Assembly: GCA_963736005.1 (NCBI GenBank)
Contig: CAVTNB010000001.1
Coordinates: 1,216,001-1,280,000 of the forward strand
Direction: 5' to 3'
DNA length: 64,000 nucleotides
Source of the DNA: an uncultured Pseudomonadota bacterium
Lineage (GTDB): Bacteria; Vulcanimicrobiota; Vulcanimicrobiia; Eremiobacterales; Eremiobacteraceae
Shown here: positions 1-12,409 of the stretch, piece by piece
How the letters are laid out: every line of letters begins with the position of its first letter
How positions within the stretch are numbered: the stretch's first letter is position 1
The notes under the pieces: model-generated
Told to the model about the DNA's origin: nothing
Database searches by the model: none
What the model saw: the letters and a program-made list of their open reading frames with translations, nothing else
Program-made: the position numbers and the translations under genes

Positions 1-282
1 AGATGACGCGGATCACTGCGTCCTCTCTTACATGCGCTCGGCGGGCGAAGCATTTGCGCTTGTGGTCTTGAACTTCTCTGGGGGGACCTACAGGGGGTAT
101 GTGGTGGGAGTACCGCGCGAGGGTACATATCACGTTGTCTTTGCTAGTGACGCCCGCGAGTATGGTGGCAACGGCGAAACTCGACTGATTGACGATCGGG
201 CGCGTCGCGTGCCGTGCATGGGCTTCGACTATTCGATCGCCCTCGACGTGGCCGCGCTCACGGGCGTGGTCATCACGCTCGC

Positions 283-286
<4 letters not shown>
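1..286 (+). CDS. glgB: 1,4-alpha-glucan branching enzyme, C-terminal fragment (runs off the window start)
   Basis: Alpha-amylase C-domain pattern VVLNFS...YVVGVP..G.Y...SDAREYGG; stop overlaps glgA start (ATGA at 283-286). Confidence 0.8.
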
Positions 287-3488
<3,202 letters not shown>

Positions 3489-3507
3489 ACCATCTTTTCT
3501 CGCTTGA

Positions 3508-3532
3508 TGTAGCAGCGGACCTTTAGACCTGC
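3508..3532 (+). repeat. degenerate REP-like hairpin, family A
   Basis: TGTAGCAGCGGACCTTTAGACCTGC resembles the copies at 3885-3983. Confidence 0.6.
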
Positions 3533-3585
3533 ACCCCGAACGCCTCGCCTGTTTACTTCCTTACCAGGTAAAGGAGCTGCGAAGA

Positions 3586-3879
3586 ATGTTCGACGCTTTC
3601 ATCTATCTCATTCTTTCATTCGACCGGAACGACGACATGTTTCGTGCGATGGCCGGCGGGTTCGCCGTCGTCTGGTTCTTGTTTGTCATAGCGGTCGTCA
3701 TCTTCTCTATTTATTGCGCTTGGCGCGTCGCCATGAAGAGCGGTTATCCGGGTGCGTATAGCTTGCTCTTGCTCATCCCGATCGTGAACATCGTCGTACA
3801 ACTGATTTGGGTTTTCTCCGAGTGGCCGATAGAAGCCGAACTCAAGCGACTGCGCTCGTCGAGCGTTCGCACCCAATAA
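3586..3879 (+). CDS. small integral membrane protein (DUF805-like)
   Basis: AAGGAG RBS; two hydrophobic helices; K.GYPG.YSLLLLIP.VN...FSEWP. Confidence 0.7.
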   Translation: MFDAFIYLILSFDRNDDMFRAMAGGFAVVWFLFVIAVVIFSIYCAWRVAMKSGYPGAYSLLLLIPIVNIVVQLIWVFSEWPIEAELKRLRSSSVRTQ

Positions 3880-3884
3880 AGAAA

Positions 3885-3983
3885 GGCGGACCTAAAGGTC
3901 CGCCGCTACATTGGGGCGAGGCGGACCTAAAGGTCCGCCGCTACATTGGGGCGAGGCGGACCTAAAGGTCCGCCGCTACATTG
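3885..3983 (-). repeat. three tandem REP-like hairpins, family A, 35-bp period
   Basis: GGCGGACCTAAAGGTCCGCCGCTACA at 3885, 3920, 3955 (minus strand TGTAG plus hairpin), between convergent genes. Confidence 0.9.
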
Positions 3984-3985
3984 CC

Positions 3986-5488
3986 TTATCTAGAGAGGGC
4001 TTTGACCGCGGCTTCGGTCACCGGTGAGGCCTTGTTGCCCCACGAGCTGCGAATGTAGGTGATGACTGCGGCAATCTCCGCTGGACTGAGCTTACCTTTC
4101 CAGGCTGGCATCGCTCCACTATAGCTTGCGCCATTCACTGGAACGCCGTTCATTCCGTTGAGCACTGTTCTGATGACCTTCGTCGGATCTCCGGTCACAT
4201 ACGGATTGCCGGCGAGGGGCGGAAACGCTCCGGGAAGCCCCTGGCCTTTCGCCTGATGGCAGCTCGTGCAGTTTTGAGCATACACCTGGTCGCCCGCCGG
4301 CGGCGCAGCGGCCGCTGCGCCCGCGCCGGCTGCAGCTGCTGGTGCACCCCCAGCCACGCTGATGATCGGGATAGCGTTTTGACCTGCGGCGTTCCGTGGA
4401 GCACCGTATCCGACGACCGGCGTTTGGCCGACCGGGCTTGCCGCTTGTTCTTGGGCGATGACCTTTTGGGAATATATGGTGGTGCCGACGATGGCACCAA
4501 CGGTCAAGATCGTGAACATAACGAGGTACGGCCGACGCGCGAGCACTCGGCTTGGATTGCGATCGAGCCACGGCAGCAACAACAATACCATGGTGAAGGC
4601 ACCCGGCAGAATAACCGTTGGAACCAGCGACAGATTCTGCGGGAACATGCGCAGCAAGCCGTAGAGCGCGTAGAAATACCACGCCGGGGCCGGAATGAAC
4701 TGCGCGTTGTTCGGATCCGCCTTGGCGAGCAGCGGCGTGGGCATGACAATCGCGAGCGCCACGATGACGGCGACGACGATGAAGGCTGTGACGGATTCCA
4801 TGAAGATTTGGTTCGGATAGAATCGTCCGTAGGTCTTGGGGGGCGCATCGCTTGCCGGACCCGCCGAGCCGTTGTGCTTGAAGATAAACAAATGAAGACC
4901 GACGAGAGCAACGATGATCGCGGGTGTCGCCCAGATATGCAGACCGTAGAAGCGGCCTATGGTGAGCGTGCCGAGCGTTGAGCCGTCACTGAGGAAATGG
5001 TAAATGAATGGACCGATGATTGGCACACTCGCCGCTATGTTGATCGCGACTTGGGTGGCGAAGTAGGCGTTGAGATCCCACGGCAACAGATAGCCGGTCA
5101 GACCCATCGACAAGACAATAAAGAACAGCAAGACGCCGACGACCCATTGAATTTCGCGCGGCTTTTTGTAGGCGCCGAACAGCAAGACTTGCAGCAAGTG
5201 CATCGACATGAGCACGATCATGGCCGATGCGCCCCACGAATGCAGACTGATCAGGAACGAACCCCACAGCACATGCTGATAAATGAAGAGGGTAGATTCC
5301 CACGCCGTGATCCCGGATGGAGAGTAGTAGAACGTCAAAATGATGCCGGTGATGATTTGGATAGTGAGAACGATGAGGGTCGCGCTCCCGAAGACATACC
5401 AATAACTTGCGCCGCCGGGAACGTCTTCAGTGAGGAAGTTTTTCGTCCAGCTGACGAGACCGGTTCGACTCTCAAGCCAATCGATCAT
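3986..5488 (-). CDS. qcrB: cytochrome b (b6 plus subunit IV fused) with C-terminal monoheme cytochrome c
   Basis: Heme-b His pairs (LHSW...MHLL; LHIW...LHLF), TGYLLPWD, PAWY, Ala-rich linker, CTSCH...MPAW. Confidence 0.92.
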   Translation of the reverse strand: MIDWLESRTGLVSWTKNFLTEDVPGGASYWYVFGSATLIVLTIQIITGIILTFYYSPSGITAWESTLFIYQHVLWGSFLISLHSWGASAMIVLMSMHLLQVLLFGAYKKPREIQWVVGVLLFFIVLSMGLTGYLLPWDLNAYFATQVAINIAASVPIIGPFIYHFLSDGSTLGTLTIGRFYGLHIWATPAIIVALVGLHLFIFKHNGSAGPASDAPPKTYGRFYPNQIFMESVTAFIVVAVIVALAIVMPTPLLAKADPNNAQFIPAPAWYFYALYGLLRMFPQNLSLVPTVILPGAFTMVLLLLPWLDRNPSRVLARRPYLVMFTILTVGAIVGTTIYSQKVIAQEQAASPVGQTPVVGYGAPRNAAGQNAIPIISVAGGAPAAAAGAGAAAAAPPAGDQVYAQNCTSCHQAKGQGLPGAFPPLAGNPYVTGDPTKVIRTVLNGMNGVPVNGASYSGAMPAWKGKLSPAEIAAVITYIRSSWGNKASPVTEAAVKALSR

Positions 5489-5499
5489 ATTGCCTTCTC

Positions 5500-6171
5500 C
5501 TACCAGTACGAGACACGCACAATGTTGGTGGTGTTCGCGGCATACTTAACCCATTCAACTTCGGCGACGCCACTTTGCTCTCGGAAGGGCAGCGGATCAA
5601 GACCTCGTGGGGCCGGACCTATGAAGTTTCCCTGAGCGTTCTTTTTGTGTTGGCCGTACTTTGAGAATTCAGAACCGTGACAGGGGCAAAGAAAACCGCC
5701 CAGACTGTCATTCCAATCGTACTTGCAGTTGAGATGCGGGCACAGTGGGCTCCACATGACAAAACCGAGATTGCCCACTTCGAAATCGAGCCCGGCGCCG
5801 GTTTGTTGGGCGAAGAGTTCGGGCCGTTCACCTCGCAGCGCTTGAAGGTCATCCGGACCGAGCTTCAGACCCCACACGTAATATTCGTCATTGGTCTTAT
5901 AATAGCCATCGGTGACCAGCTTGTTAAAGAAGATCTTGACGGGCTTCTCGAGCGTGCGCTCGAGTTCGGCAAACTCAGCTCGGTTCAACGGGGCGTAGCC
6001 TTTATTGGCATCAACGAGGTCTGGCGTCGGCACGAGCGCCGTGACGAGCGGAACGGCAAGTCCAAGACCGACGACCGTGCCGGTAAAAATGGACGCCCGC
6101 GCTAAGAACGCGCGTCGGCTAATTTCTTCTGGTGTACCAGGATCCTGATAAGCTTTTGCATGGTGTGGCAA
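5500..6171 (-). CDS. qcrA: Rieske iron-sulfur subunit of a Rieske/cytochrome b complex
   Basis: Tat motif SRRAFL plus TM helix; CPHLNC and CPCHGS; GPAPRGL; GGAGGTG RBS before TTG. Confidence 0.92.
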   Translation of the reverse strand: MPHHAKAYQDPGTPEEISRRAFLARASIFTGTVVGLGLAVPLVTALVPTPDLVDANKGYAPLNRAEFAELERTLEKPVKIFFNKLVTDGYYKTNDEYYVWGLKLGPDDLQALRGERPELFAQQTGAGLDFEVGNLGFVMWSPLCPHLNCKYDWNDSLGGFLCPCHGSEFSKYGQHKKNAQGNFIGPAPRGLDPLPFREQSGVAEVEWVKYAANTTNIVRVSYW

Positions 6172-6297
6172 GCAGCGTCACCTCCGCTTCGTGGAAAAGC
6201 GCACGTGTTCGGTGAAGGAGTCGACGGGGGCTTTGGTGCGACGAGGCTCGCTGCCTTCGCGGAAGACGAAAAATGTAGCAGCGGAGCCGATATTTGC

Positions 6298-6768
6298 CTA
6301 GCAGACGCAGGCCTGCAAACCAGAATTCGCGCACCAGCGAATCCCGGTGATGCCAAAAGAGTAGTTGGGGAGCCCGGTCAGCGTTGTCGTGTCATGGTTA
6401 TCGCCGTCTCGGATCTTGTAGGCATCGCCGGAGTTGCAAATGCCGTTTCCGGGCGTCACATAGTAATACGTTCCGCCAGCGGGGTCGTTGGGCACGGAGC
6501 TGAGGTACGGGTTTCCGGCGCCTCCGAACAGGTTGACGTCAACGGGAGCGCTCGCGGGCGGGTACTGTCCTCCGTGGTCAACCGCATACTCCGCAAGCGC
6601 GGTCGCTATTTGTTTGAGATTGCCCTCGCACGCCGATGACGCTGACTCAGCCCGCGCATGCAGGAAATTCGGGATCAAAATGGCGGCAAGAATCGAGATG
6701 ATCGCGACGACGATGATCAACTCGATGAGGGTAAACCCGCGCAGGCGCGCTTGCCGAAAATGCTCCAT
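6298..6768 (-). CDS. type IV pilin / T2SS pseudopilin-like protein
   Basis: Class III signal RG|FTLIELIIVVAIISILAAILIP with Glu5. Confidence 0.88.
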   Translation of the reverse strand: MEHFRQARLRGFTLIELIIVVAIISILAAILIPNFLHARAESASSACEGNLKQIATALAEYAVDHGGQYPPASAPVDVNLFGGAGNPYLSSVPNDPAGGTYYYVTPGNGICNSGDAYKIRDGDNHDTTTLTGLPNYSFGITGIRWCANSGLQACVC

Positions 6769-6867
6769 GCTTTTAGTTTCGGCGGCGCCGCAGAGTTGAA
6801 TGCCACTCGCGGGGCGCGGGGGGTGAAAAGTAGGTTAGAGTTGCGTGTGAAGCGCGTCACGCCTGAA

Positions 6868-7083
6868 CTACGAAACGTGCGCGACCTTGTCTGGCACGTC
6901 ACGATTCCACCACGATGAAATCGTCGTACCCGCACCAACTGGATGCAGTTCGTGCTGTTCAGCGCGAGCTAGCTCGGGAATCTCATCGAGCCTGCCTTTC
7001 ATGAGGCAAGCTTCACATACGATATGGTCGTCAACGGGATACAACTCGACACTCTTGCAACCACATATGCTGCATTTTTGCAT
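6868..7083 (-). CDS. small putative zinc-ribbon protein
   Basis: 71 aa, CSIC...CEAC; fills the gap between co-oriented genes. Confidence 0.55.
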   Translation of the reverse strand: MQKCSICGCKSVELYPVDDHIVCEACLMKGRLDEIPELARAEQHELHPVGAGTTISSWWNRDVPDKVAHVS

Positions 7084-7164
7084 AAGGGGCCCTCAGGGTG
7101 AGAGAGTGGCCCTTGGGCTTGCGCGCGCCATTTCCTGTAGACCATATGTTTGATGGTGGGCCGC

Positions 7165-9234
7165 TCAGGTGCCCTTCTCGGCGCCGACGTAATAGATGAG
7201 CTTGAGGATGAGTGAGGGCTGAGTTGCGACTGAATTGGGATTGCCATACACCAAATACGCCTCCGCGTGACCGAACTTTCTATAGTACGCGAACGAAACG
7301 TTGGACGCATCGATAAATTGCGGCGCGGTGCCAAAATATGGTCCCGTTCCAATGATCCGCCGAACGCCAACCGACAGCGACGAGGTCGTCCCGATCTCAT
7401 ACGCGTAGCTGGCGCGCTCCAGCCACTGGGCAAGCTTCGTGCCCGTGTCGAGCCGATAGTCCGTGTCATCGGCCTCGAGCGTGCCGGTGGCGCGTGGGCC
7501 GAGCTTGACTGTCGCCGAGCGTACCGTCGAATGCAGATAGCCGGCTCCGTATCTTCCATAATTGTACGAAAGAGTAGACGGCGTATTGGTTTGCCCTAAA
7601 TAGGTCAGATTCACCCCATTTTGGGTTGTGTTTCCCGCTTCGCCGTTCAGCAAGAGCCAGCTCGAACCCATTGAGGCTGTGAGCGTCAGCTGCTGCTTGG
7701 TATCGATCGTGATGTTGGTATAATCGTCAGCGTCGTCGAGCTGTCCTAGTCGATTTCGGTAATGTTGCAGATCCTGCGAAAGAGTGAACTTTCGGATGGT
7801 GCTCCCTGAGCCGGAATCCCATTCTTGATCCGCGTACAAAGATGGACCGGTTGTATCGTTGATGGGGACAAATGCGTCGAGTGGATTAAACTCAGGACCC
7901 ACCCAGCGATACGCTGCAAAGATCCCTGACTTTGGCGTGTAGAGGTTGATGCCGAAATCTTGGTAGTTCCCCTGCGCCGAATCTGCAACGTTCGATCCTC
8001 TGTCAATGCCGCTTGAGGCGTAGAGGCTAAAATTGTGTACGTCTCCGGCGCGCACTTGAGCGATCGAAAAGTCATCGGTTTGACCGGCGCTGTCGACTAA
8101 CTCGTGCAGCACGCTTGCCCCAATTTGATGATCCGGGGTCGACCAAAATGCAGATTCGGCCGAATCCGAGCGGTTAGGCCCACGCGAGATGAACGCAGCT
8201 AGATTGGTGGACCATTGCACGCCCTCGAGCGCGAAGCCCTCGGCTGGGGTCGGAATATTGGGCGTGTAGAGCCAGGGGTAAATCGTGCAATCGTTGCAGT
8301 TAAAATCGTTGTACACGTTCGTTCCTTGCGTGAAGAACGGCCGAACCTCTTGGAACTGGCGCTGGAAAGCGGTCGGCGAAATTGTTTGTTGGTCGAGCTC
8401 CACGTTTGAATAGTCCGGATGCAGCGTGCCCAAAAAAGAGGACGTGGGGGTGACCGGCAACGAGAAGTCGGCGCCCATTCTTGAGGTCGACCCGCCTGCG
8501 CCCGCTGAAGCAGCCTCGCCCAAGCCATAGATTGCCAGGCGAGGTTTCGTCCGCGTGCTTGACGAGATAAAGTTCATATTTTCCAAGTATCCAGTGTAGA
8601 ACGAAGAATCCGTGCTTGTCTGACCCTTGGCATGCGCCCACTCAAAAAGCTGTTCGCTGACCTGCACGCGTCGATCGAACTGCAGCCGCCACGTGGGGCG
8701 CCCGTCGCTGCGCATGATGTCGAACGGAATGCGTTCGGTGACGATGTAACCGTCGCTCGTTTGTTTCGCAACCGCCAGCCACGTTGGAGAAAATGTGGTG
8801 TTCTCAGATGAGTAGGCATAGCGCGTGCCAATGGGATTGGCCGCAAAAAAGTATTCGAAGCCTTTGTCACCACCCGGCCACAGGTAGACGCGCACGACGT
8901 CGTCGGTGCCAAGACCAATGTCATTGGTGCGCTGCGTTGCCGTGATCGACTCGCTTTGCTTGGCCACAAATGCGACATACAGGTATTTCTTGTCCGTCAA
9001 GAGATAGACGTCGGTTTGCTCCGAAGCCACGCGCTGAAACGAGAAATCCCACGTGAGCGTAACGTGGGCACCTTTTTGCCAGGCTGGATCTTTCAAGGTA
9101 CCGTCAAGGGTGGGAGGCGCGTCCACCGGCACCGCCGCGAGCGAAAATGAATCGGCCGCGACAGCCTTCTCCGCCTGACCGAGAGCGATGGACAATGCCG
9201 TGGCGAGCGCCACAACCCAAGCGCATTTGGACAT
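7165..9234 (-). CDS. outer-membrane protein, N-terminal CBM9-like/DUF5916-like domain plus probable beta-barrel
   Basis: Signal peptide; PPTLDGTLKDPAW, YLYVAF, T.HPDYSNVELD, E.RPFF.QG; alternating beta-strand C-terminal half. Confidence 0.75.
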   Translation of the reverse strand: MSKCAWVVALATALSIALGQAEKAVAADSFSLAAVPVDAPPTLDGTLKDPAWQKGAHVTLTWDFSFQRVASEQTDVYLLTDKKYLYVAFVAKQSESITATQRTNDIGLGTDDVVRVYLWPGGDKGFEYFFAANPIGTRYAYSSENTTFSPTWLAVAKQTSDGYIVTERIPFDIMRSDGRPTWRLQFDRRVQVSEQLFEWAHAKGQTSTDSSFYTGYLENMNFISSSTRTKPRLAIYGLGEAASAGAGGSTSRMGADFSLPVTPTSSFLGTLHPDYSNVELDQQTISPTAFQRQFQEVRPFFTQGTNVYNDFNCNDCTIYPWLYTPNIPTPAEGFALEGVQWSTNLAAFISRGPNRSDSAESAFWSTPDHQIGASVLHELVDSAGQTDDFSIAQVRAGDVHNFSLYASSGIDRGSNVADSAQGNYQDFGINLYTPKSGIFAAYRWVGPEFNPLDAFVPINDTTGPSLYADQEWDSGSGSTIRKFTLSQDLQHYRNRLGQLDDADDYTNITIDTKQQLTLTASMGSSWLLLNGEAGNTTQNGVNLTYLGQTNTPSTLSYNYGRYGAGYLHSTVRSATVKLGPRATGTLEADDTDYRLDTGTKLAQWLERASYAYEIGTTSSLSVGVRRIIGTGPYFGTAPQFIDASNVSFAYYRKFGHAEAYLVYGNPNSVATQPSLILKLIYYVGAEKGT

Positions 9235-9254
9235 CGTTGGAAAGCCCTTAACCG

Positions 9255-10031
9255 CTACACGCCAGCATCGCGCATTCGAATGAGGTCATCGACGCTAGGC
9301 TTCAAACCTGTGGATTGAAGTTGGCGAACCCAAGCGGCGGAAACACCGTGATCCGCCAACCGGACGAGTTGTTCGACGTCAGGTTGATATCCAAGGCGAT
9401 GGATATCGCTGATGTAAGCAACGGTGACGTCATGGTCGCGCAAACGGATGATATCATCGACCGTTACCCTCAACAGCCCGCTTCGAGCAATGCCGAGCAC
9501 GTATGCGGAATCGATGCCCTCGTCACCCAAGCGCAGTAACTCGGGAAGGTTTGGATGCAAACCCATGTTATGGAGCTGATCGATAAAGTCTGGCGTGACT
9601 CCGTCGACCGCAAGTTCGAACTGCTCAGTGGGCTGTGGCTGATCGATGCCGCGGTCCGCGAGGACCTTTACGTATGCGGGGTCGGGAATGAAGACGAACG
9701 TTCCTCCGCCGCCCCCATGGGCGACCCAGCCTGTGCAATCAAAAGCACCGGCTGGCTTGCGTAGGGCGAATCGAGCGTTGTTGCCGGCAGTGCGAAGTTG
9801 ATCGGCAGACAGTCCCTGGAGGTCAGCGAGCCTGATTGATGATTCCCACTCCCAGCTGTGGCCAGGCGAATCAGTGCCCAGGGTGAGCAGCAGTTGATTA
9901 TCGGATGACGTTGCAATCGTCCACGTGCCTGCGAGTGAACTTGGTTGTGCCGCAGCTGGTCCGGAAAGCGACCAAAGCACAAGCACCGCCAGTGCGGCTC
10001 CGATCAGTCGCACGAAAGCCATGACGCTCAA
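9255..10031 (-). CDS. secreted protein with about 5 C-terminal 28-29 aa helical repeats
   Basis: Signal peptide (..AAA|Q); repeats GV(T/S)xx(F/Y/W)xxxLxxxGxxPxVDDLIRL. Confidence 0.8.
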   Translation of the reverse strand: MSVMAFVRLIGAALAVLVLWSLSGPAAAQPSSLAGTWTIATSSDNQLLLTLGTDSPGHSWEWESSIRLADLQGLSADQLRTAGNNARFALRKPAGAFDCTGWVAHGGGGGTFVFIPDPAYVKVLADRGIDQPQPTEQFELAVDGVTPDFIDQLHNMGLHPNLPELLRLGDEGIDSAYVLGIARSGLLRVTVDDIIRLRDHDVTVAYISDIHRLGYQPDVEQLVRLADHGVSAAWVRQLQSTGLKPSVDDLIRMRDAGV

Positions 10032-11936
10032 ATACCCGCGTTGCTCAGCCGGATCAGATCATCGACAGAGAGCTTGTGACCGTTTGTGACTCCGCTCTTT
10101 TGAAGTCGAGCGACAAACTCTGGGGTAACACCGCTCTCGCTCAACCGGATGAGATCGGTGACACTGGCATTTCGATACCCCAGCGCTGCCAACGAGGCGA
10201 GATAGCGAGGATCGACGCCTGCGTTCGAAAGAGCGACCATGTTCGCCACGCCCACATTCCCGTAGCCAGCATCGCGCAACCCGGCGAGGAACCGCGCATC
10301 CACCCCAGCGTTTGCAAGCGCAATGAGATCGTGCGCCGGCATAGGGGTAAGTCCGGCTGCGTGAAGCTCGCGAAGAAAGCGAGGCGAAACGCCTGCGTTG
10401 CAAATGGCGATCATGTCGTCAACCGACAGATCGCGGAACCCCGTTTCCCGCAATGCATCGAGGAAATCGTCTCGTTGCGACGATCGCGTGACGCTCAAGA
10501 TGAAGGACGCTGACGATCTGGGCAGGCGGTATGCGCTGCAGCGCTGGCGAGCGGTCTAATAGACTCGTCGCCGCATAGAGCAGCGGCGCGCTCGAATCCA
10601 GCGTCCTCCCTGATGCGGCTATCGCTTGACGTAGGTGCTCCATCACATGCAACGAGGGCATCTTCGTTGCATTCGCCGCAGCTGCAGTTGGCACAACGCC
10701 TTGCCATGCACTCTGCCTCACTTTCGGGCCGGCGACCACCGCCGCATGACTTTGCAGGTGACTGTGCGCGGGATGGGCCGTCGCGCTCGCAGCCGCGGAC
10801 GCAGCCACGGTTGTGGTCGAAGCCGCGGTCGCAGCGTCACTCGTTAGGAATTGCACGCAGGCGAACGGCAGCGCGGCGAGCACAACGGCCGCCACGGCGA
10901 TTCGAGCGAGCGGGTTAAGATGACTTGAGGCTGCGTGGTTGCGATCGAGCAGCCGTCCAATGCGCACGAACAGCTGGCGTTTGTTTTTTGCCAGGCCCGT
11001 GCTGGGCAGCCACCGGCGACCATTTTGGAGCAGGGCGATATGACACAGGCAACGAGCAAAATCAGCGCGCTCCGTTTGCACCGATGCAGCGACATCATCG
11101 CACGCGATCTCTCGCTCCAAATCCAGCGCTTTCGCCAAAGCGAAGGCTATGGGATTGAAACACAACACTGTCAGCATCACTTGTTTGAGCAGGTTGCCGT
11201 AGTCATCGAAGCGTCCGATGTGGGCGCATTCATGACGAATGATCCGGTCCGCATCTTGGGTTGAGAACTGCAAGGCGACGCTGACGGGCAGCGCAATGAC
11301 CGGCTCGGCAAATCCTATAACGCATGGTTCTCGAATCGTCGTGGAGTACCCGATCGCCACCGACCTGGCAGTTATTGCGCGACAGGCTTCTCGCTCGCGT
11401 TCGCTCAGGGGTCGATACGAAAGTCCCTTCTTGACGGCTGAGAGGCTCGCATACCCAAGAGCAAGCCTGAGCATCAAAAGATTCGCCGTAACAAGCCATG
11501 CAAACACGAGGGCCAAATCGTAGCGACCTCGCATGACCGCGATGACCGATGGTGCCAACGTAAATTTTGGCGTTGCTTCCTCGATCGGAGGGCTGTTCAC
11601 GATCGCAGGGTTCATTGGTACGTGCGTTGGGTGCATAAGACGAGGTTGAGAGGCGAAGATGTGGCGCGTCGATCCTATCGGCTCGACGGGCTCGGCAGGC
11701 GCGGCCAAGGACGGCATGCGCAGGCTCACCTGGCGAGGTTGCGTCACGCGGGCGAGCACTAAGTTTGCGAACGGCAAGAGTGCGGCGGCTGCGAGCACCG
11801 CGCACCACATCGCATAGCGCTGCGCCGCGGTTGATCGAGGTGCGGCTTTCAAAAGGAGAAGGATCACGGCGGCGAGCGCAGCGCTCTGCCAAATTGAGTT
11901 GAGGAGCGCCCAGACGATATGATGCGCAGTAATCAT
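10028..11936 (-). CDS. BlaR1/M56-family metallopeptidase sensor with C-terminal 29-aa helical repeats (frameshift near 10470-10555)
   Basis: LLNSIWQS, PCVIGF..P.I.LP, HECAHIGR.D, EREIACDD; ORF 10028-10498 appears to be the out-of-frame C-terminus. Confidence 0.82.
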
Positions 11937-12317
11937 TGGCGTTTTGCCTCATTGGTTAGGCGTCGAAGTCGTGCGAGCTCTTCTTCTGAAAGCTGCTCAT
12001 CTTCCAAGAGCCGGACGGTCAGCAATGCAGCCGAATCGTTAAAAAATCGAGCGAGCAGATTCTTCACCGCTGCTCGAGAAGCGTCGACGCGTTCGACCAC
12101 CGGAGCGTAGACGAAGGCGTGGCCGGCGGCTTCGTGACGCACAAAGCCCTTGCGCTCCAAAATCCTTAGGAGGGTTTGGACGGTGTTGAACGCGGGGCGT
12201 GCTTTTTTTGGGAGAGCGTCGCGCACTTGCGCGACGGTTGCCTTCGCCCTGATCCCACAGGATCTCCATGAGGCGCTGTTCGGCGATGGTCAACGTGGCG
12301 GAACGTTTTTGCGGCAC
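11933..12317 (-). CDS. BlaI/MecI/CopY-family repressor (frameshift near 12240)
   Basis: LTIAEQRLMEILWDQGE joined to TVAQVRDALP...AFNTVQTLLRILERKGFV; GGAGGG RBS before GTG 12317; ATGA overlap with the M56 gene. Confidence 0.88.
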
Positions 12318-12327
12318 TGTTGCCCTC

Positions 12328-12388
12328 CCACCTAAAGTCTTAGGTGGCGTATGCACCGTAGTCTACATCACCTGCACAGGGCTGTCAA
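12328..12388 (-). promoter_or_regulatory. sigma70-type promoter and candidate operator for the blaI-like operon
   Basis: Minus strand TTGACA(12388-83)-17 nt-TAGACT(12365-60); inverted repeat CCACCTAA-agtc-TTAGGTGG at 12328-12347 abutting the RBS. Confidence 0.65.
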
Positions 12389-12409
12389 GCGAATCCTTCC
12401 TGAAAAGAA

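Noticed and set aside
3885..3983. Tandem repeats here and at 17691 and 35340 as mini-CRISPR arrays
   Set aside because: Linkers are short and mostly identical, the units are dispersed GTAG hairpins, and there are no cas genes; they are REP-like
6298..6768. Conductive e-pilin
   Set aside because: Full-length globular pilin rather than the truncated Geobacter type; conductivity cannot be supported from sequence
10419..12317. Beta-lactam resistance locus blaI-blaR1-blaZ
   Set aside because: The sensor has no penicillin-binding domain and there is no class A/D beta-lactamase in the operon
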